IMG/VR virus record: IMGVR_UViG_3300037471_001733 | Location: 22,201-86,200 of that record | Source of the DNA: a virus | Taxonomy: Duplodnaviria > Heunggongvirae > Uroviricota > Caudoviricetes | DNA length: 64,000 bases | Direction: 5' to 3' (one strand) | Part shown: piece after piece, positions 34,452-44,286 of the stretch | How positions within the stretch are numbered: the first letter of the stretch is position 1 | How the letters are laid out: every line of letters begins with the position of its first letter | Notes under the pieces: model-generated | The model's database searches: none | The model's input: only the letters and a program-made list of their open reading frames with translations | What the model was told of the DNA's origin: nothing | Translations under genes and position numbers: made by a program

Positions 34452-34735
34452 GCCTCAACCTGCCATGCGAAAACCATCCAGAAGGGCTGGCCTGCCAAGC
34501 CGATCAGCGGCGCCCACTTCCGGCCGCGTGCGCTGTGCCCCATCGAGAGCCACATCGCCGTAAGGCCGAACAGAGCCAGTGCGGACTGGATCAGCGCACT
34601 GCTCACGTCGCCGACCTCGCCGCCTGCAGGGCAACCATCAGCGCGTCCAGTTCTTCCCACCGCGCCGACACCGCGAAGCGCAAGGCCAGATCCTTGCCGG
34701 TCGCGATGACGTTGGCGCCTTCGAGGTTGCTCCAC
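34370..34735 (-). CDS. Small membrane protein (probable GTG start near 34613)
   Basis: Hydrophobic C-terminal 80 aa; the upstream part is GC junk. Confidence 0.3.
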   Translation of the reverse strand: MEQPRRRQRHRDRQGSGLALRGVGAVGRTGRADGCPAGGEVGDVSSALIQSALALFGLTAMWLSMGHSARGRKWAPLIGLAGQPFWMVFAWQVEAWGLIPLATAYSVVYARGAWVQWRAPA

Positions 34736-34815
34736 TGCATCACCGACACCGTGAAGCCGTCGCGGCCCTCAAGGAATACCTCGGTGGTCGGGTTCTTGAG
34801 CGTCTCCAGCTTCAT
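34603..34815 (-). CDS. Hypothetical protein
   Basis: 70 aa. Confidence 0.4.
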   Translation of the reverse strand: MKLETLKNPTTEVFLEGRDGFTVSVMQWSNLEGANVIATGKDLALRFAVSARWEELDALMVALQAARSAT

Positions 34816-35015
34816 GCGGCGGTCCTCACAGGCTCAGGCGCCAGGTCAGCTTCCGGGATGAGCCCTTCGCAGACCGTGCCGCCGATCACCACGACCCACC
34901 AAAAGCGCTGGGCGCCGTCCAATAGGTCGATGAGCCGGCAGCGCTTGCCGGCGTTGCCGAGCTCGCTGCGCAGAATGATTGCGGTGTCGCCCGGTTTCAC
35001 GCCGTCACCTCGCAA
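34812..35015 (-). CDS. Hypothetical protein
   Basis: 67 aa. Confidence 0.35.
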   Translation of the reverse strand: MRGDGVKPGDTAIILRSELGNAGKRCRLIDLLDGAQRFWWVVVIGGTVCEGLIPEADLAPEPVRTAA

Positions 35016-35323
35016 GGTTTGCTGGTGTCGCGCAGCACCTCGTCCTGGCCATCCGAGTCGCGCAGCGGGCGCAGCCAGTCATCTGGCACGGCGCCGATCT
35101 TCACTGTCCGCCCAGCCTCGTAGAGCTTGCCGTTCTGCTGAGCCGTCACCGGCAGCACGACCGGGATGTGTTCCTTGAGCCACCAGCAGGTCTTGCTGCG
35201 GTACTCCATGGTCCGGTCCACTTGGACGACCTTGCCGAGAAGCGCCGTCATGCCCGGGTCCGTCCGCACGATGATGGCAATGTCATTGGGCTTGCAGTTG
35301 AGCGCCACAGCTTCGCTCCTCAC
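34997..35323 (-). CDS. Hypothetical protein
   Basis: 108 aa. Confidence 0.4.
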   Translation of the reverse strand: MRSEAVALNCKPNDIAIIVRTDPGMTALLGKVVQVDRTMEYRSKTCWWLKEHIPVVLPVTAQQNGKLYEAGRTVKIGAVPDDWLRPLRDSDGQDEVLRDTSKPCEVTA

Positions 35324-35456
35324 GCACGCGCCAGCGCAGCCTTGCGCGCGTCAGCCCACTGTGTGGCGTCCCGGTGCATACCGAGACCCCAGCAGGTCAG
35401 CGACACCAATGCCCGCTCGATCAGGCCCCACAAGAAATCGAACAGCGGCCAGCGCA

Positions 35457-36125
35457 TCACGCGCCTCTCGTGGCGTCGATGCCGTGGGGCGGCGGGGCGC
35501 CTACACCGTCGCGTATCGCCGCATCAACAGCCGCATCGAACGCTGCACCCTCTGGGACATGCTGGCCGGGCCAGTACGCCGCCTCCATCTCGTCCAGATC
35601 AGCATGGCGCAGCCAGCGATACCGGGCTGCATCCAGGGCATCCTGTTGCGCCGGCTGCGCGGCGCTCAGAAGCAGCGGCTGCAGGCTGGCGAACTGATCC
35701 TCGTCCAGCAGTGCCGCCAGGCGCGCGCCCAGCTTGCGCAGCGGCTCCGGACTACTGGCGATCATGTGCTGAACCACGCACTCCGCCTGCTCGATCACCT
35801 GCGGTGAAGGCTCGCCGTCGTCGTTGGGCTCGCTGCGCTTTGCGGGCTGCCACGCCTGCGCGCCTGCTTGATCCGGCGCGACGCACACCAGCACAACCCG
35901 GGCAGCGCCGCCGCAGTGCGCGGCTTGGGCCTCTGCCTCCTCGTGCGTCAGCAGGTGCTGGCCGTAGGTATCTGGGCCGTAGGCCACGACATAGCCGATG
36001 GGCTTGCCCCACAGGCTGCGCCGCGGCGGGGCCGCAGGCACAGGCGGCCTCTGGCTGGGGGCGTCAGGATTCACGTTGGAGAACTTGCGGTGGTCCATAG
36101 CTATTAATCCAGGTTCGGTACTCAT
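35457..36125 (-). CDS. Hypothetical protein
   Basis: 222 aa. Confidence 0.4.
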   Translation of the reverse strand: MSTEPGLIAMDHRKFSNVNPDAPSQRPPVPAAPPRRSLWGKPIGYVVAYGPDTYGQHLLTHEEAEAQAAHCGGAARVVLVCVAPDQAGAQAWQPAKRSEPNDDGEPSPQVIEQAECVVQHMIASSPEPLRKLGARLAALLDEDQFASLQPLLLSAAQPAQQDALDAARYRWLRHADLDEMEAAYWPGQHVPEGAAFDAAVDAAIRDGVGAPPPHGIDATRGA

Positions 36126-36295
36126 TGCGTCAGCCCAATCTCGGCACGCGGATAGCGCAAGTTGTGCTTCTTGGCCGCATGAATCTCAGGTTCATCACAG
36201 CCCTCCCAGTACAGGCACGCCCAGCGTGACGAGCGTTATGGCCGCCAGCAGCGCAGAAGCGGCGACAACGGCCACGGCGTGGATTGCTGCGCGTG

Positions 36296-36583
36296 TCATT
36301 GATCGCTCCACGCAGCCGCCCGCAGATCGCGTATCGCAGCGTCCTTGGCTTTGTCCAGGCCGACGTAGCAGCGGTCGGTGGAGTCCACCACGTATAAGTC
36401 CGCATCGACGCCGGGCTCCCTCGCGTAGCCCTTGAAGCGCAGCGACAGCAGCACCAGCACCTCTCCGTCATCTGTGGCCACCAACGCATAGGAGCCAAAG
36501 CCGTAGTCGTGCCATGCGGCGTCATCTATGCGCGCCAGGCGCTCCTGCGTGGCGCAGGATTGATCCAGAACCGGGGTGTTCAA
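36296..36583 (-). CDS. Hypothetical protein
   Basis: 95 aa. Confidence 0.4.
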   Translation of the reverse strand: MNTPVLDQSCATQERLARIDDAAWHDYGFGSYALVATDDGEVLVLLSLRFKGYAREPGVDADLYVVDSTDRCYVGLDKAKDAAIRDLRAAAWSDQ

Positions 36584-37452
36584 GCAGGGACTCCTTCCGC
36601 TTCCGCCGCAGCCTTCGCGGCCTCGTTAGCAACCATCTCCGCGCACTCGCGCACGAGCTGCGCGGGGCTCTGCGACAAGACGGCTTCGGCAACAGAGCAG
36701 TACGTCTCCAGCGTCGCCACCACCAGATCCAGTTCGCTGTTGTCGTCGGGCTTGGTCAGGTCGCGCAGCCGGCGCAAAGTGGCGGCCACCATGCGGCCGA
36801 CGCCATGCATCTGCGCCTTGAGCACCGTCTTGCCACTCGCGTCCTTCACGCCATCCGGCTTCGGGCTCGCCGCAGTGACGACGTTCTTGTCCATGTAGAC
36901 CCGGCGCAGCACCTCCTGCTCTGCGCGCACCAGCACGCCGCGGGTGCAGTTCGGGTGCTCGCGCTGCGCGTCGTGCACGAGCAGTAGCCCGGCCACAGCT
37001 TCCAGGCCCAGGCGGTCCAGCGGGCACACACCGGGCTTGCCCAGCGGCGCCAGCGGATCAACCTGCTTGCCGGGCTTGGGCTTCGGGCAGAACCGCTTCA
37101 GTTCTTCGAGCACGCGCTGCGCGGTGACGACGGCGAATTCGTGTTCGGCGCCCAGCCCCCAGTTGCAGAGCACGACAGCGATGTTCGCGGCGCCAGCAAG
37201 GATCTGGGCATGGCGCACTTGGCCGTTGCCGGCAGCAATGGCAGACAGAGCACCGTGCTGGCGCAGCGACACCTCAACGAGCTTGCGCTGCTGCAGCGGC
37301 CAGTTCCCCATCTGCAGTCGGACGATGGGCTCGCGGCGCAGGCATCGGGCCCGCAGCGCCAGCGGCTGGCGCCACAGCACAGGCCGCGGCTTGGGCACGA
37401 GATGCAGTTGCGGAACAGGCCGGGCCTTCGGCTGCTCGGTGCGCTTGTTCAT
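36580..37452 (-). CDS. Hypothetical protein
   Basis: Internal start MNKRTEQ (about 290 aa). Confidence 0.4.
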   Translation of the reverse strand: MNKRTEQPKARPVPQLHLVPKPRPVLWRQPLALRARCLRREPIVRLQMGNWPLQQRKLVEVSLRQHGALSAIAAGNGQVRHAQILAGAANIAVVLCNWGLGAEHEFAVVTAQRVLEELKRFCPKPKPGKQVDPLAPLGKPGVCPLDRLGLEAVAGLLLVHDAQREHPNCTRGVLVRAEQEVLRRVYMDKNVVTAASPKPDGVKDASGKTVLKAQMHGVGRMVAATLRRLRDLTKPDDNSELDLVVATLETYCSVAEAVLSQSPAQLVRECAEMVANEAAKAAAEAEGVPA

Positions 37453-37463
37453 TGCGGCAGACC

Positions 37464-37940
37464 TCATTCCCCGCCCTCCACTCGGAACATCCAGCGCGAC
37501 GCATCGACACAGGCCATGTCGCCACACGTCCCATCCGACTGGCGCGCGCAGTTGCTGCACGACTTCTCATCCGCCGGCACATCCTCGGCGCGCATTTCCT
37601 GCCAGCGCTGCAGGGTGTCGATGGCCTCGGCTACGTCCTTGGCCTGATCCTTGGCGCCGCGTAGGCCAGCGCACAGCAGCTTCTTAATGCTGTGCTGCAG
37701 GCAAGGCGACGTGACGCCGAACAACTCCAAGACCCGGTACACATCGACCGTCTGGAGCTTCGAAACGTCCTTGAAGTAGTGCGGGTGCTTCCGCAGCGAG
37801 ATCGGCGCTCCTGCGGGCTCCTGAGCGGCCGCAGGGGTATCGGCGCGTGGCTCATGATCGTCGCACCACCAGATTTCAGGCCCGCGCATTTGGCAATTGG
37901 CCTTCTGGCACGTCGCGCAGTTGCGTTGCGTCGCGCTCAT
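37464..37940 (-). CDS. Phage protein, DUF3310-like
   Basis: Start MSATQRN (ATGA overlap with the HNH gene); HPHYFKDVSKLQTVDVYRVLELFG. Confidence 0.45.
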   Translation of the reverse strand: MSATQRNCATCQKANCQMRGPEIWWCDDHEPRADTPAAAQEPAGAPISLRKHPHYFKDVSKLQTVDVYRVLELFGVTSPCLQHSIKKLLCAGLRGAKDQAKDVAEAIDTLQRWQEMRAEDVPADEKSCSNCARQSDGTCGDMACVDASRWMFRVEGGE

Positions 37941-38482
37941 GCGGCGATACCTCCCCAGGAAAACACGGACGCGCCGTTCATGGCTTCTGCCCAGTTGTGC
38001 CCGCGGCAAATTTGCGTCACCGACGAATACGGCATGCCGGTCCGCTCAGCGATGCTCTTCAACGACATTCCGGCGCTCCTCAGTTCGCGCAGCTCTCGCG
38101 CCTTCTCCATGGAGTACCGCTTGGCTTTCGCGCGCACTCCTGCCGTCTTGGCAGCCCTTACGGCGGGAGTTCTGTACACACCGCGCTTCGCGTGCTCGGC
38201 GTTGCACTCGGCGCGCGTCGCCAGCTTCAGATGACACAGGCACCGCTGGTGGAAACAGCCCGGCATTACCAGAAAGCCATCAGGGATCGGTCCTTTGGTT
38301 TTCTGCCAGAGCCACCTGCGGACGTTCGTGCCACGCAAGCCCTGCACCGACGCTTGAGGGACCCCCATGCGCATTGATCCCTTCCAGAGGCGGCACTCAC
38401 CCTCTTCGACCGTGCGCGCGTCCAGCCACGCGCCAATCCACGCCTGAACGTGCGCGTCATGAGGTTTCTTTGGCTTGGTCAT
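37937..38482 (-). CDS. HNH_3-type homing-endonuclease-like protein with C-terminal HTH
   Basis: CRLWKGS...RRWLWQKTKGPIPDGFLVMPGCFHQRCLCHLKLATRAEC; C-terminal MSLKSIAERTGMPYSSVTQICRG. Confidence 0.6.
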   Translation of the reverse strand: MTKPKKPHDAHVQAWIGAWLDARTVEEGECRLWKGSMRMGVPQASVQGLRGTNVRRWLWQKTKGPIPDGFLVMPGCFHQRCLCHLKLATRAECNAEHAKRGVYRTPAVRAAKTAGVRAKAKRYSMEKARELRELRSAGMSLKSIAERTGMPYSSVTQICRGHNWAEAMNGASVFSWGGIAA

Positions 38483-38727
38483 GCCGCGACCACCGCGCGC
38501 ACCAGCGCCTTGAAATGCTTCACGTGCGCGTCGTGCTTGACCACCTTGGCGGCAGCAGTGCACTCCGGGCAGTGCAGGAGCACCCTGCGGTAGCGGCTGC
38601 AGCCTTCGATGCTGCTGAGCTGCTTGTGGCAGCCGTCGCAGCGCGCCGTGACAGCGTGACCGGGGCCGGCGGGCTTGTAGCGGACGTCCTGCGCGCCGCG
38701 CACGGACTCATAGCGGGTGGCGGTCAT
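38479..38727 (-). CDS. Zinc-finger protein
   Basis: 82 aa; CDGCHKQ...CPEC. Confidence 0.4.
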   Translation of the reverse strand: MTATRYESVRGAQDVRYKPAGPGHAVTARCDGCHKQLSSIEGCSRYRRVLLHCPECTAAAKVVKHDAHVKHFKALVRAVVAA

Positions 38728-39125
38728 GCGGCACCCCCAGTCGCCTTGGCAATGACGGCTCGGGCGTTCGCCTCAGCCTTGGAAGCCGCCAGCATGGCGC
38801 GCTCGTGTGCAACACGTTCCCGGCCAGCGTCGCCGAAGTTCTCGTGCGCCACCGTGTACGCCATGGCGGCCTTCGCCTCGGCGTTGCGCGTCGTCAGCAC
38901 GTCTTGGAGCGCCGCCAGCAACTCAGGCGCGGCAGCGAACAAGTCCGGCCCGTAGCTGCCGAAGTAGCCGGAGAAGTTGACGTAGAAGTCATTCCACGAC
39001 TGGCTGCCATCGGTGTTGGAGAAGCTGCTGGCGTTCTCGATTCGGAACTGGTCGCGGGTCTCGCCCTCTGGCGCGCAGGAGGTGACACGCAATGGCCCTG
39101 GCGTGAGTTTTGGTTTTGCGGTCAT
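38724..39125 (-). CDS. Hypothetical protein; paralog of 46401-46769
   Basis: 133 aa; C-terminal ARAVIAKATGGAA matches ARAAIAKATGGV in the other gene. Confidence 0.45.
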   Translation of the reverse strand: MTAKPKLTPGPLRVTSCAPEGETRDQFRIENASSFSNTDGSQSWNDFYVNFSGYFGSYGPDLFAAAPELLAALQDVLTTRNAEAKAAMAYTVAHENFGDAGRERVAHERAMLAASKAEANARAVIAKATGGAA

Positions 39126-39967
39126 GCAGAGGCTCCCTTGGCACCGGCCGCGCTCATGGCGGCGTCGATGGCCTCGCGCGAGAGTCCGTTGCCGGCAACG
39201 ATCCCCTCGCGCCGCAGCCCGGCCCAGTCGCCAACCCGACGGATCAGCCAGTCCAGGCGCGTGGCGTCGGGATGGGGCTGCACCAGCGGAGGTGCGAACT
39301 GCCGCTCCGCATAGAGGCGGATCACCTCGTTCTGCTGGTCGATCTCGTTGCGCAGGCGCTTGTTCTCGGCGATCACCTGAGCCAGCAGCCGCTGCTGGCA
39401 CTCCTCGACTCCGCTGCTGTCGCAGGTGTCGCAGTCATCGCACGGCTTGGCCGGCTCGGGCTGCGCCACCGAGGCGCCAGCCGGCTTCAGCAGCGCGTCA
39501 TCAAGCAGCACGAGGGCGTCGCCAATGGCCGGAACGTACTCCGCCGCAGGCACGACGAGCGTTTGCCGCGTGCGACGCAGAGCGACACGCAGCCGCTCAA
39601 GATCCGCCTCACGCTGATTCAGCGCAGCCCACAGCGCCCGCACCTCAGCGTTGTTGTGGTCCCGCTCGCAGTTGAGGCAGGCATCGCCAGGGATGCGCGT
39701 TTTCCAGCCGCAGACCTCGCATGCCTCCAGCGCCTGTTGGTCGTAGGTCTCAGCCTGCTGACCATCGTCAGCCGCACCGCGTGCCCGGATGGCAGCCTCA
39801 AGATCAACCGGCCCACCGTACATCGCCACCAGATCAATGCACGCCTCGCGCTCGGCTTCCGTCACCAGCGCAGCGAAGCGCTCCAGAACCGGCACGACAT
39901 CGGGACTAGGCTCCAGGCGCTCGGGATGAGCCTCGCGGGCCAGCTTCACAACCTCCTCGCGCGTCAT
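39122..39967 (-). CDS. Hypothetical coiled-coil protein
   Basis: 281 aa. Confidence 0.45.
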   Translation of the reverse strand: MTREEVVKLAREAHPERLEPSPDVVPVLERFAALVTEAEREACIDLVAMYGGPVDLEAAIRARGAADDGQQAETYDQQALEACEVCGWKTRIPGDACLNCERDHNNAEVRALWAALNQREADLERLRVALRRTRQTLVVPAAEYVPAIGDALVLLDDALLKPAGASVAQPEPAKPCDDCDTCDSSGVEECQQRLLAQVIAENKRLRNEIDQQNEVIRLYAERQFAPPLVQPHPDATRLDWLIRRVGDWAGLRREGIVAGNGLSREAIDAAMSAAGAKGASA

Positions 39968-40302
39968 GCCTTCGCTCCTTCGTCATCGCCACACATGCGC
40001 AGCCAGTCAGCCATGGCAATGAACCGCGGCCCCCAATCGTCAGCCGGCAGGTCAGGCTCATGCTCGTCGTCGTGCCAGTAGATCCAGCCGCCGATGGCCG
40101 CCGACAGTTCACGCAGCCGCTGCAGCGACTCCTCAGGCACCACGTCTTGGCCGTAGCTGCGATCCGGCGCGGTCTCCGTCGCCATGGCCCACAGCGAGAA
40201 CTCGTTGCCCATGATCCATCCAGCGCAATAGCAGTCCTCGCTGATGTCGCTCATCAGCTCGTAGAGCTCGTTCTGCTGAGGGGTCAGGTTTTGCTCGCTC
40301 AT
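39964..40302 (-). CDS. Hypothetical acidic protein
   Basis: 112 aa. Confidence 0.45.
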   Translation of the reverse strand: MSEQNLTPQQNELYELMSDISEDCYCAGWIMGNEFSLWAMATETAPDRSYGQDVVPEESLQRLRELSAAIGGWIYWHDDEHEPDLPADDWGPRFIAMADWLRMCGDDEGAKA

Positions 40303-40820
40303 GCCTTGGCTCCTTCAGCGGGCTCGTCTTTTCGGCGTTGGTCAGCTTCGCCAGCCAAGTGCAGGCCATGAATCGCTAGCGCCTCACGAATCCTGGCGAT
40401 GGATGTGGGTCCAATGCCGCCGAACCGGCGCCGAGTCAGGTCCGCAGGAGTGAGCCTCGTCAGGGCGCCAATCGTTCGCACGCCATTGCGGTCCAAGGAG
40501 CCGGTCACCCTGGGCGTGAGGCCATCAAGCGCGGCGGGCGAGAAGGCCAGGAAGCCGACGTCATCAGGGTGCGGGCCCTGCTCGTGGCGCGGCTCGATGA
40601 GCGGCGGACGGGCCGGAGACGGCGCAGGAGCGGGCTCGGGCGCCGGCACAGGGATCGTGAAGCTCACCGGCTTCAGGCGCACCTTCAGCATCTCGTCGGC
40701 CACCATGTACGACACGATGGCAACCTGCTCCGGGCTGATGTCGCCGCCGTAGGCGCCCAGCAGGGACTGCATGGCACCCTCAGCGAGCTTGTCGCGCAGC
40801 TTGGTCAATTGCTTGCTCAT
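40299..40820 (-). CDS. Helix-hairpin-helix protein (RNA polymerase alpha-CTD-like C-terminus)
   Basis: Start MSKQLTKL (ATGA overlap); C-terminal GVRTIGALTRLTPADLTRRRFGGIGPTSIARIREAL. Confidence 0.45.
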   Translation of the reverse strand: MSKQLTKLRDKLAEGAMQSLLGAYGGDISPEQVAIVSYMVADEMLKVRLKPVSFTIPVPAPEPAPAPSPARPPLIEPRHEQGPHPDDVGFLAFSPAALDGLTPRVTGSLDRNGVRTIGALTRLTPADLTRRRFGGIGPTSIARIREALAIHGLHLAGEADQRRKDEPAEGAKA

Positions 40821-41599
40821 GCTCCAGCCCTCCGCGCAGTCGGCCGGTAACTCTCCCAAGGAAACGGCACCCAGCGACACGTCTCGGCCAGTCGATCAAA
40901 GGTGCGCTCACCAACGAACTGCTTGAAGCCCGCCGAGTTCTGGTTCGTGAGCAGGATGGTCGGCTTGACATCGCGGTAACGGCCGTCCAGCACGTCGAAG
41001 ACGATGTTCTGCTCGCTATCGGTGCCGTACTGCACGCCAACCTCGTCGATGACCAGCAGGTCCAGGTCCGTCAGGTAGCGCAGCACCTGCGTCTCGCTCT
41101 TCTCGCTGTCGCGCCGCCACGTCTCGCGGATCATGCGGATCAGGTCCATGCAGGTCACGTAGCGCACATCCGGCGAAAGCAGCGACTGCAGGACAGCGCC
41201 AGCGAGGTGGCTTTTGCCGGTGCCCGGCTTGCCGGCCAAGATCAGCCCGGAGCCCTTGCGCGAGTGCTCGGCAAAGTTCTCCGCGAAATCGCGCGTCACC
41301 GTCAGCGCATGGCGCTTCTCGTCGGTGTCGGCCACGAAGTTGTCGAACGTGCGGCCGATGAAGCGCGTCGGGATCATGGCGCTGGCCAGCATCCGGCTAT
41401 GGCGCTCTTCAGCGTCGCGGCGCTTTTGCTCAGCCTCGGCCGCGCGGTCCTCCTTGGCCTTGGCCTCTTCGCAGGCAGGACAGCGCGACCAGATGCGGCC
41501 GAAGATGTTGCGGCTCGTGTAGTCCCCGTGCTCGAGGCAAGAGGCTGCGCGCTCTTCCACCTGGCGCCTCACGGTGTCAGACAAGCGATCCATCGTCAT
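40817..41599 (-). CDS. DnaC-like/IstB-like replicative helicase loader ATPase
   Basis: Walker A GKPGTGKSHLAG; Walker B LLVIDEVG; C-terminal TILLTNQN. Confidence 0.75.
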   Translation of the reverse strand: MTMDRLSDTVRRQVEERAASCLEHGDYTSRNIFGRIWSRCPACEEAKAKEDRAAEAEQKRRDAEERHSRMLASAMIPTRFIGRTFDNFVADTDEKRHALTVTRDFAENFAEHSRKGSGLILAGKPGTGKSHLAGAVLQSLLSPDVRYVTCMDLIRMIRETWRRDSEKSETQVLRYLTDLDLLVIDEVGVQYGTDSEQNIVFDVLDGRYRDVKPTILLTNQNSAGFKQFVGERTFDRLAETCRWVPFPWESYRPTARRAGA

Positions 41600-42656
41600 C
41601 CACGCCTTCGCGGTAGTCCTTGGAGTCAAAACCAGCGTGCTTGCTGGCACCTTGGCTGCCGGCGACCGGCAGTTCGTCCATCCAGCGCCCCTGGTTCAAC
41701 CAAGTAGACGGATGCGGGATGTACTTGCCGCCATCGCGCGTCCAGTCAGTGGACTGCTTCTGCACCTTGATGGCATTCAGCATCGTGGCCAGCAGCTCAA
41801 CTCCAACTTGGCGCTTTTCAAAGGCGCGACGTGCCGCGTCAATGCCGACCTTCCTCGGGTATGCGCTCCAGAAATCCTCGAATCGACCGTCACCCCCAGG
41901 GGGGTTAGGGGGGTATTGGTTCCCTTGACGGTTAATTGACGGTTCTCCGTACCGTTTTTGGGACTGCTTCTCGGGAAAAACGGTACCGCTTCCACGGAAA
42001 AACGGTACTGCTTCACCATCCTCCGAAGCTGTACCGTTTTTGGCATAGCTTCCCAGACGTCGAGTCCGCTCCGCGATTGTTGCCGCGCGCAACTTGCTGG
42101 GAGTGCCTTCGTTCTTGCACAGCGGGTCCAAGTCGTACTGGCGGAACAGCCTCATTTCTGCCGCGCTGGCCTCCTCCGGCGTTTCAAACACCTCCAACAC
42201 CTCGCGCACCAGCAGGCGGCCGGCAGCGATCTGCTCGCGCGGCCACTTGCCGCTTCCACGATAGGCGTCTGCCTCGGGGTCTCCGCAAAAAGAGCGCTTA
42301 CCCAGGTAGAAATTGCCCGTCTCCGGGTCTGTCACTCGGTACGTGTAGTGCGTGGCTGACGCCGTAGGCAGGCCAAGCAGCCGATAGACCGGGATGGAGC
42401 CGGTCACACCAACGCGCTTGCCCGTGTCCATAAGCAGACCGGCGTCTTGCAAGTTCTTGATGTTCTTGATGAGAGTCTTGCGGTCGCAGCAGGTGTCCTG
42501 CTCCAGCCGCAGGATGCTCGGGTAACAGAACCCGAACTCGTCGGCGTAGTTGGCAAGGCAGACCATCAAGAACTTTTCGCTGGACTTCGGCATGTCCAGC
42601 TTGAAGGCGTAGGCGAGGGCTGGGATGCTCACAGCGGACCTCCCCGCACGTTCCAT
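41577..42656 (-). CDS. Replication initiator/replisome organiser (lambda-O-like N-terminal HTH); contains a possible GIY-YIG-like segment
   Basis: Start MERAGR; N-terminal LMVCLANYADEFGFCYPSILRLEQDTCCDRKTLIKNIKNLQDAGLL; internal YTYRVTDPETGNFYLGKRS. Confidence 0.6.
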   Translation of the reverse strand: MERAGRSAVSIPALAYAFKLDMPKSSEKFLMVCLANYADEFGFCYPSILRLEQDTCCDRKTLIKNIKNLQDAGLLMDTGKRVGVTGSIPVYRLLGLPTASATHYTYRVTDPETGNFYLGKRSFCGDPEADAYRGSGKWPREQIAAGRLLVREVLEVFETPEEASAAEMRLFRQYDLDPLCKNEGTPSKLRAATIAERTRRLGSYAKNGTASEDGEAVPFFRGSGTVFPEKQSQKRYGEPSINRQGNQYPPNPPGGDGRFEDFWSAYPRKVGIDAARRAFEKRQVGVELLATMLNAIKVQKQSTDWTRDGGKYIPHPSTWLNQGRWMDELPVAGSQGASKHAGFDSKDYREGVDDDGSLV

Positions 42657-42895
42657 TGCCGCGCAGCCTCTACTGCAGCCTCCATGGCGTCTTCCAGCAC
42701 CACATCGGGCCCGTGCGACTCGCACTGCCAGCACTCGACCTTGGCGTTGAATGCCAGGTCGCCGTTGTTGTCCGTGGTCGGGCTGACCTCAGCGCATGCG
42801 TTGCCGTCGTTGCAGAACGGGCACGGCTTCAGGCCGGCGTTGATTTTTTCCAGCTCAGCGTTGAACCGTTTGCTGTTGAAACGGGGGTTGCTCAT
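42629..42895 (-). CDS. Lar-family-like zinc-finger protein
   Basis: 88 aa; CPFCNDGNACAEV...CWQCESHG. Confidence 0.45.
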   Translation of the reverse strand: MSNPRFNSKRFNAELEKINAGLKPCPFCNDGNACAEVSPTTDNNGDLAFNAKVECWQCESHGPDVVLEDAMEAAVEAARQWNVRGGPL

Positions 42896-43092
42896 GCGCG
42901 CCCCCTTTGCTCTACACTTCTCTCCACAGCTTCCTCTGCGTGATAGAGGTTGCGAAATGAGGCCTCGGCTGTTGGCGCAGTCGAGGCCTCGCCACTTGCA
43001 GCGCTGCTTTTGATGCAGCCGCCATCGGCACGGCGAGCGAAGTCGCCATGTCCGAGGTCAGCGTGAGCAGCGCGCAAAAACATGGAATTCCT

Positions 43093-43368
43093 TCAGCCGG
43101 CGCGGCGCCATCCAAGCGCCACAGCCAACTCGCGGAAGAAGGACGGGCGCTCAGGCTTGGCGCGGGGCGTTTGGGGCTCTTGCGGGGCCTGGCGCTTGGC
43201 TTCGCGGGCCTTCCTCTCGGCGTCTTGCTCGGCCCACTGCTTGCGCAGGTACTCGGCCTGCCAGTTGGCAAAAGCAACGTGTGCCTGCGCCGCGCGGAAC
43301 TCTTCGAGACGCTCCGCGCGCTGCGCGAGCCGGGCCTTGTAGGCGGGGACGGGGCGGCTGGGCTTCAT
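43093..43368 (-). CDS. Hypothetical protein
   Basis: 91 aa, Ala/Arg-rich helical. Confidence 0.4.
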   Translation of the reverse strand: MKPSRPVPAYKARLAQRAERLEEFRAAQAHVAFANWQAEYLRKQWAEQDAERKAREAKRQAPQEPQTPRAKPERPSFFRELAVALGWRRAG

Positions 43369-43970
43369 AGGAGGGGCTGACCAAAGTGACGGGCGAGGTA
43401 GTCATTCAGGGCCGCACTCCAGTAGTGCGCGTCCTTTACCTTGTCCTTTTCCTGCTCACACAACTCGCAGGGCACCGGCGGCGGCGCACCGTAGGCTTCA
43501 AACGGGTGCGGGAAGACTCCCGGGCCGCGCCGGAGATTGCAGGCACGGCAGACGGGCTGGACGAAGAGCAGATGGTTGTAGTCGCGGTGCTCGTAGTCCT
43601 GGGCCTGCTCACCACAGTCGACACACTTCAGGGTATGGACCCTCGGGAGCAGGCCCTTCCTCACCGCGCAGCTCACCGTGGCGTGGGCCCTGGTCAAGAT
43701 GGCTTGCTTGATGTTGAAGCGCAGGCTGCGGCACTTGTCACATCGCTGCGGTCGCAGCCAACCGCCCATGCCCTTCAGATAGCCGGGCGCAGCAACATCG
43801 GTCGACTGAAACGTTGCCAAGCAGTCTCTGCAGCACTGATGCTTGGGCTCGCTCGCGGCCACTCGCCTCTTCGGCGGCGGGCAGTTCCCGCAGAACTTGG
43901 CCGAGTAGTGCCGGTTGATGATCTTTCCGGAGCAGCGCGGACACAGGCGGTCGTTGGGGTCGAGCCTCAT
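43365..43970 (-). CDS. Multi-zinc-finger protein
   Basis: 201 aa with many CxxC pairs. Confidence 0.45.
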   Translation of the reverse strand: MRLDPNDRLCPRCSGKIINRHYSAKFCGNCPPPKRRVAASEPKHQCCRDCLATFQSTDVAAPGYLKGMGGWLRPQRCDKCRSLRFNIKQAILTRAHATVSCAVRKGLLPRVHTLKCVDCGEQAQDYEHRDYNHLLFVQPVCRACNLRRGPGVFPHPFEAYGAPPPVPCELCEQEKDKVKDAHYWSAALNDYLARHFGQPLL

Positions 43971-44286
43971 GACTGCCCCCTTTTGGTGGTGTTACCGCAG
44001 TGTTCAAAGACCTGAACGCGGCCTTCTACGGGGTGTGCTTTGCAAGAAACTGTTGCGGTGCAGCACGGTGCTGCTGGAGCGAAATGCTCCGTGCTTCGGT
44101 TGGTGCGGTGCGAGGGGAAATGCGCCCTCTGGATGACAGGCCCGGCGATCTTCGACCATTCGGTCGAGTCGTTGCAGATTTGTACACTTAATGGTTTAAG
44201 GACATTGGCCCATGTACATGACGCGGTGTACCTTTGCCCCATGGAAACGCAGCAATTCGTGACGCGCATCACAGGGAGCGGGTTCA

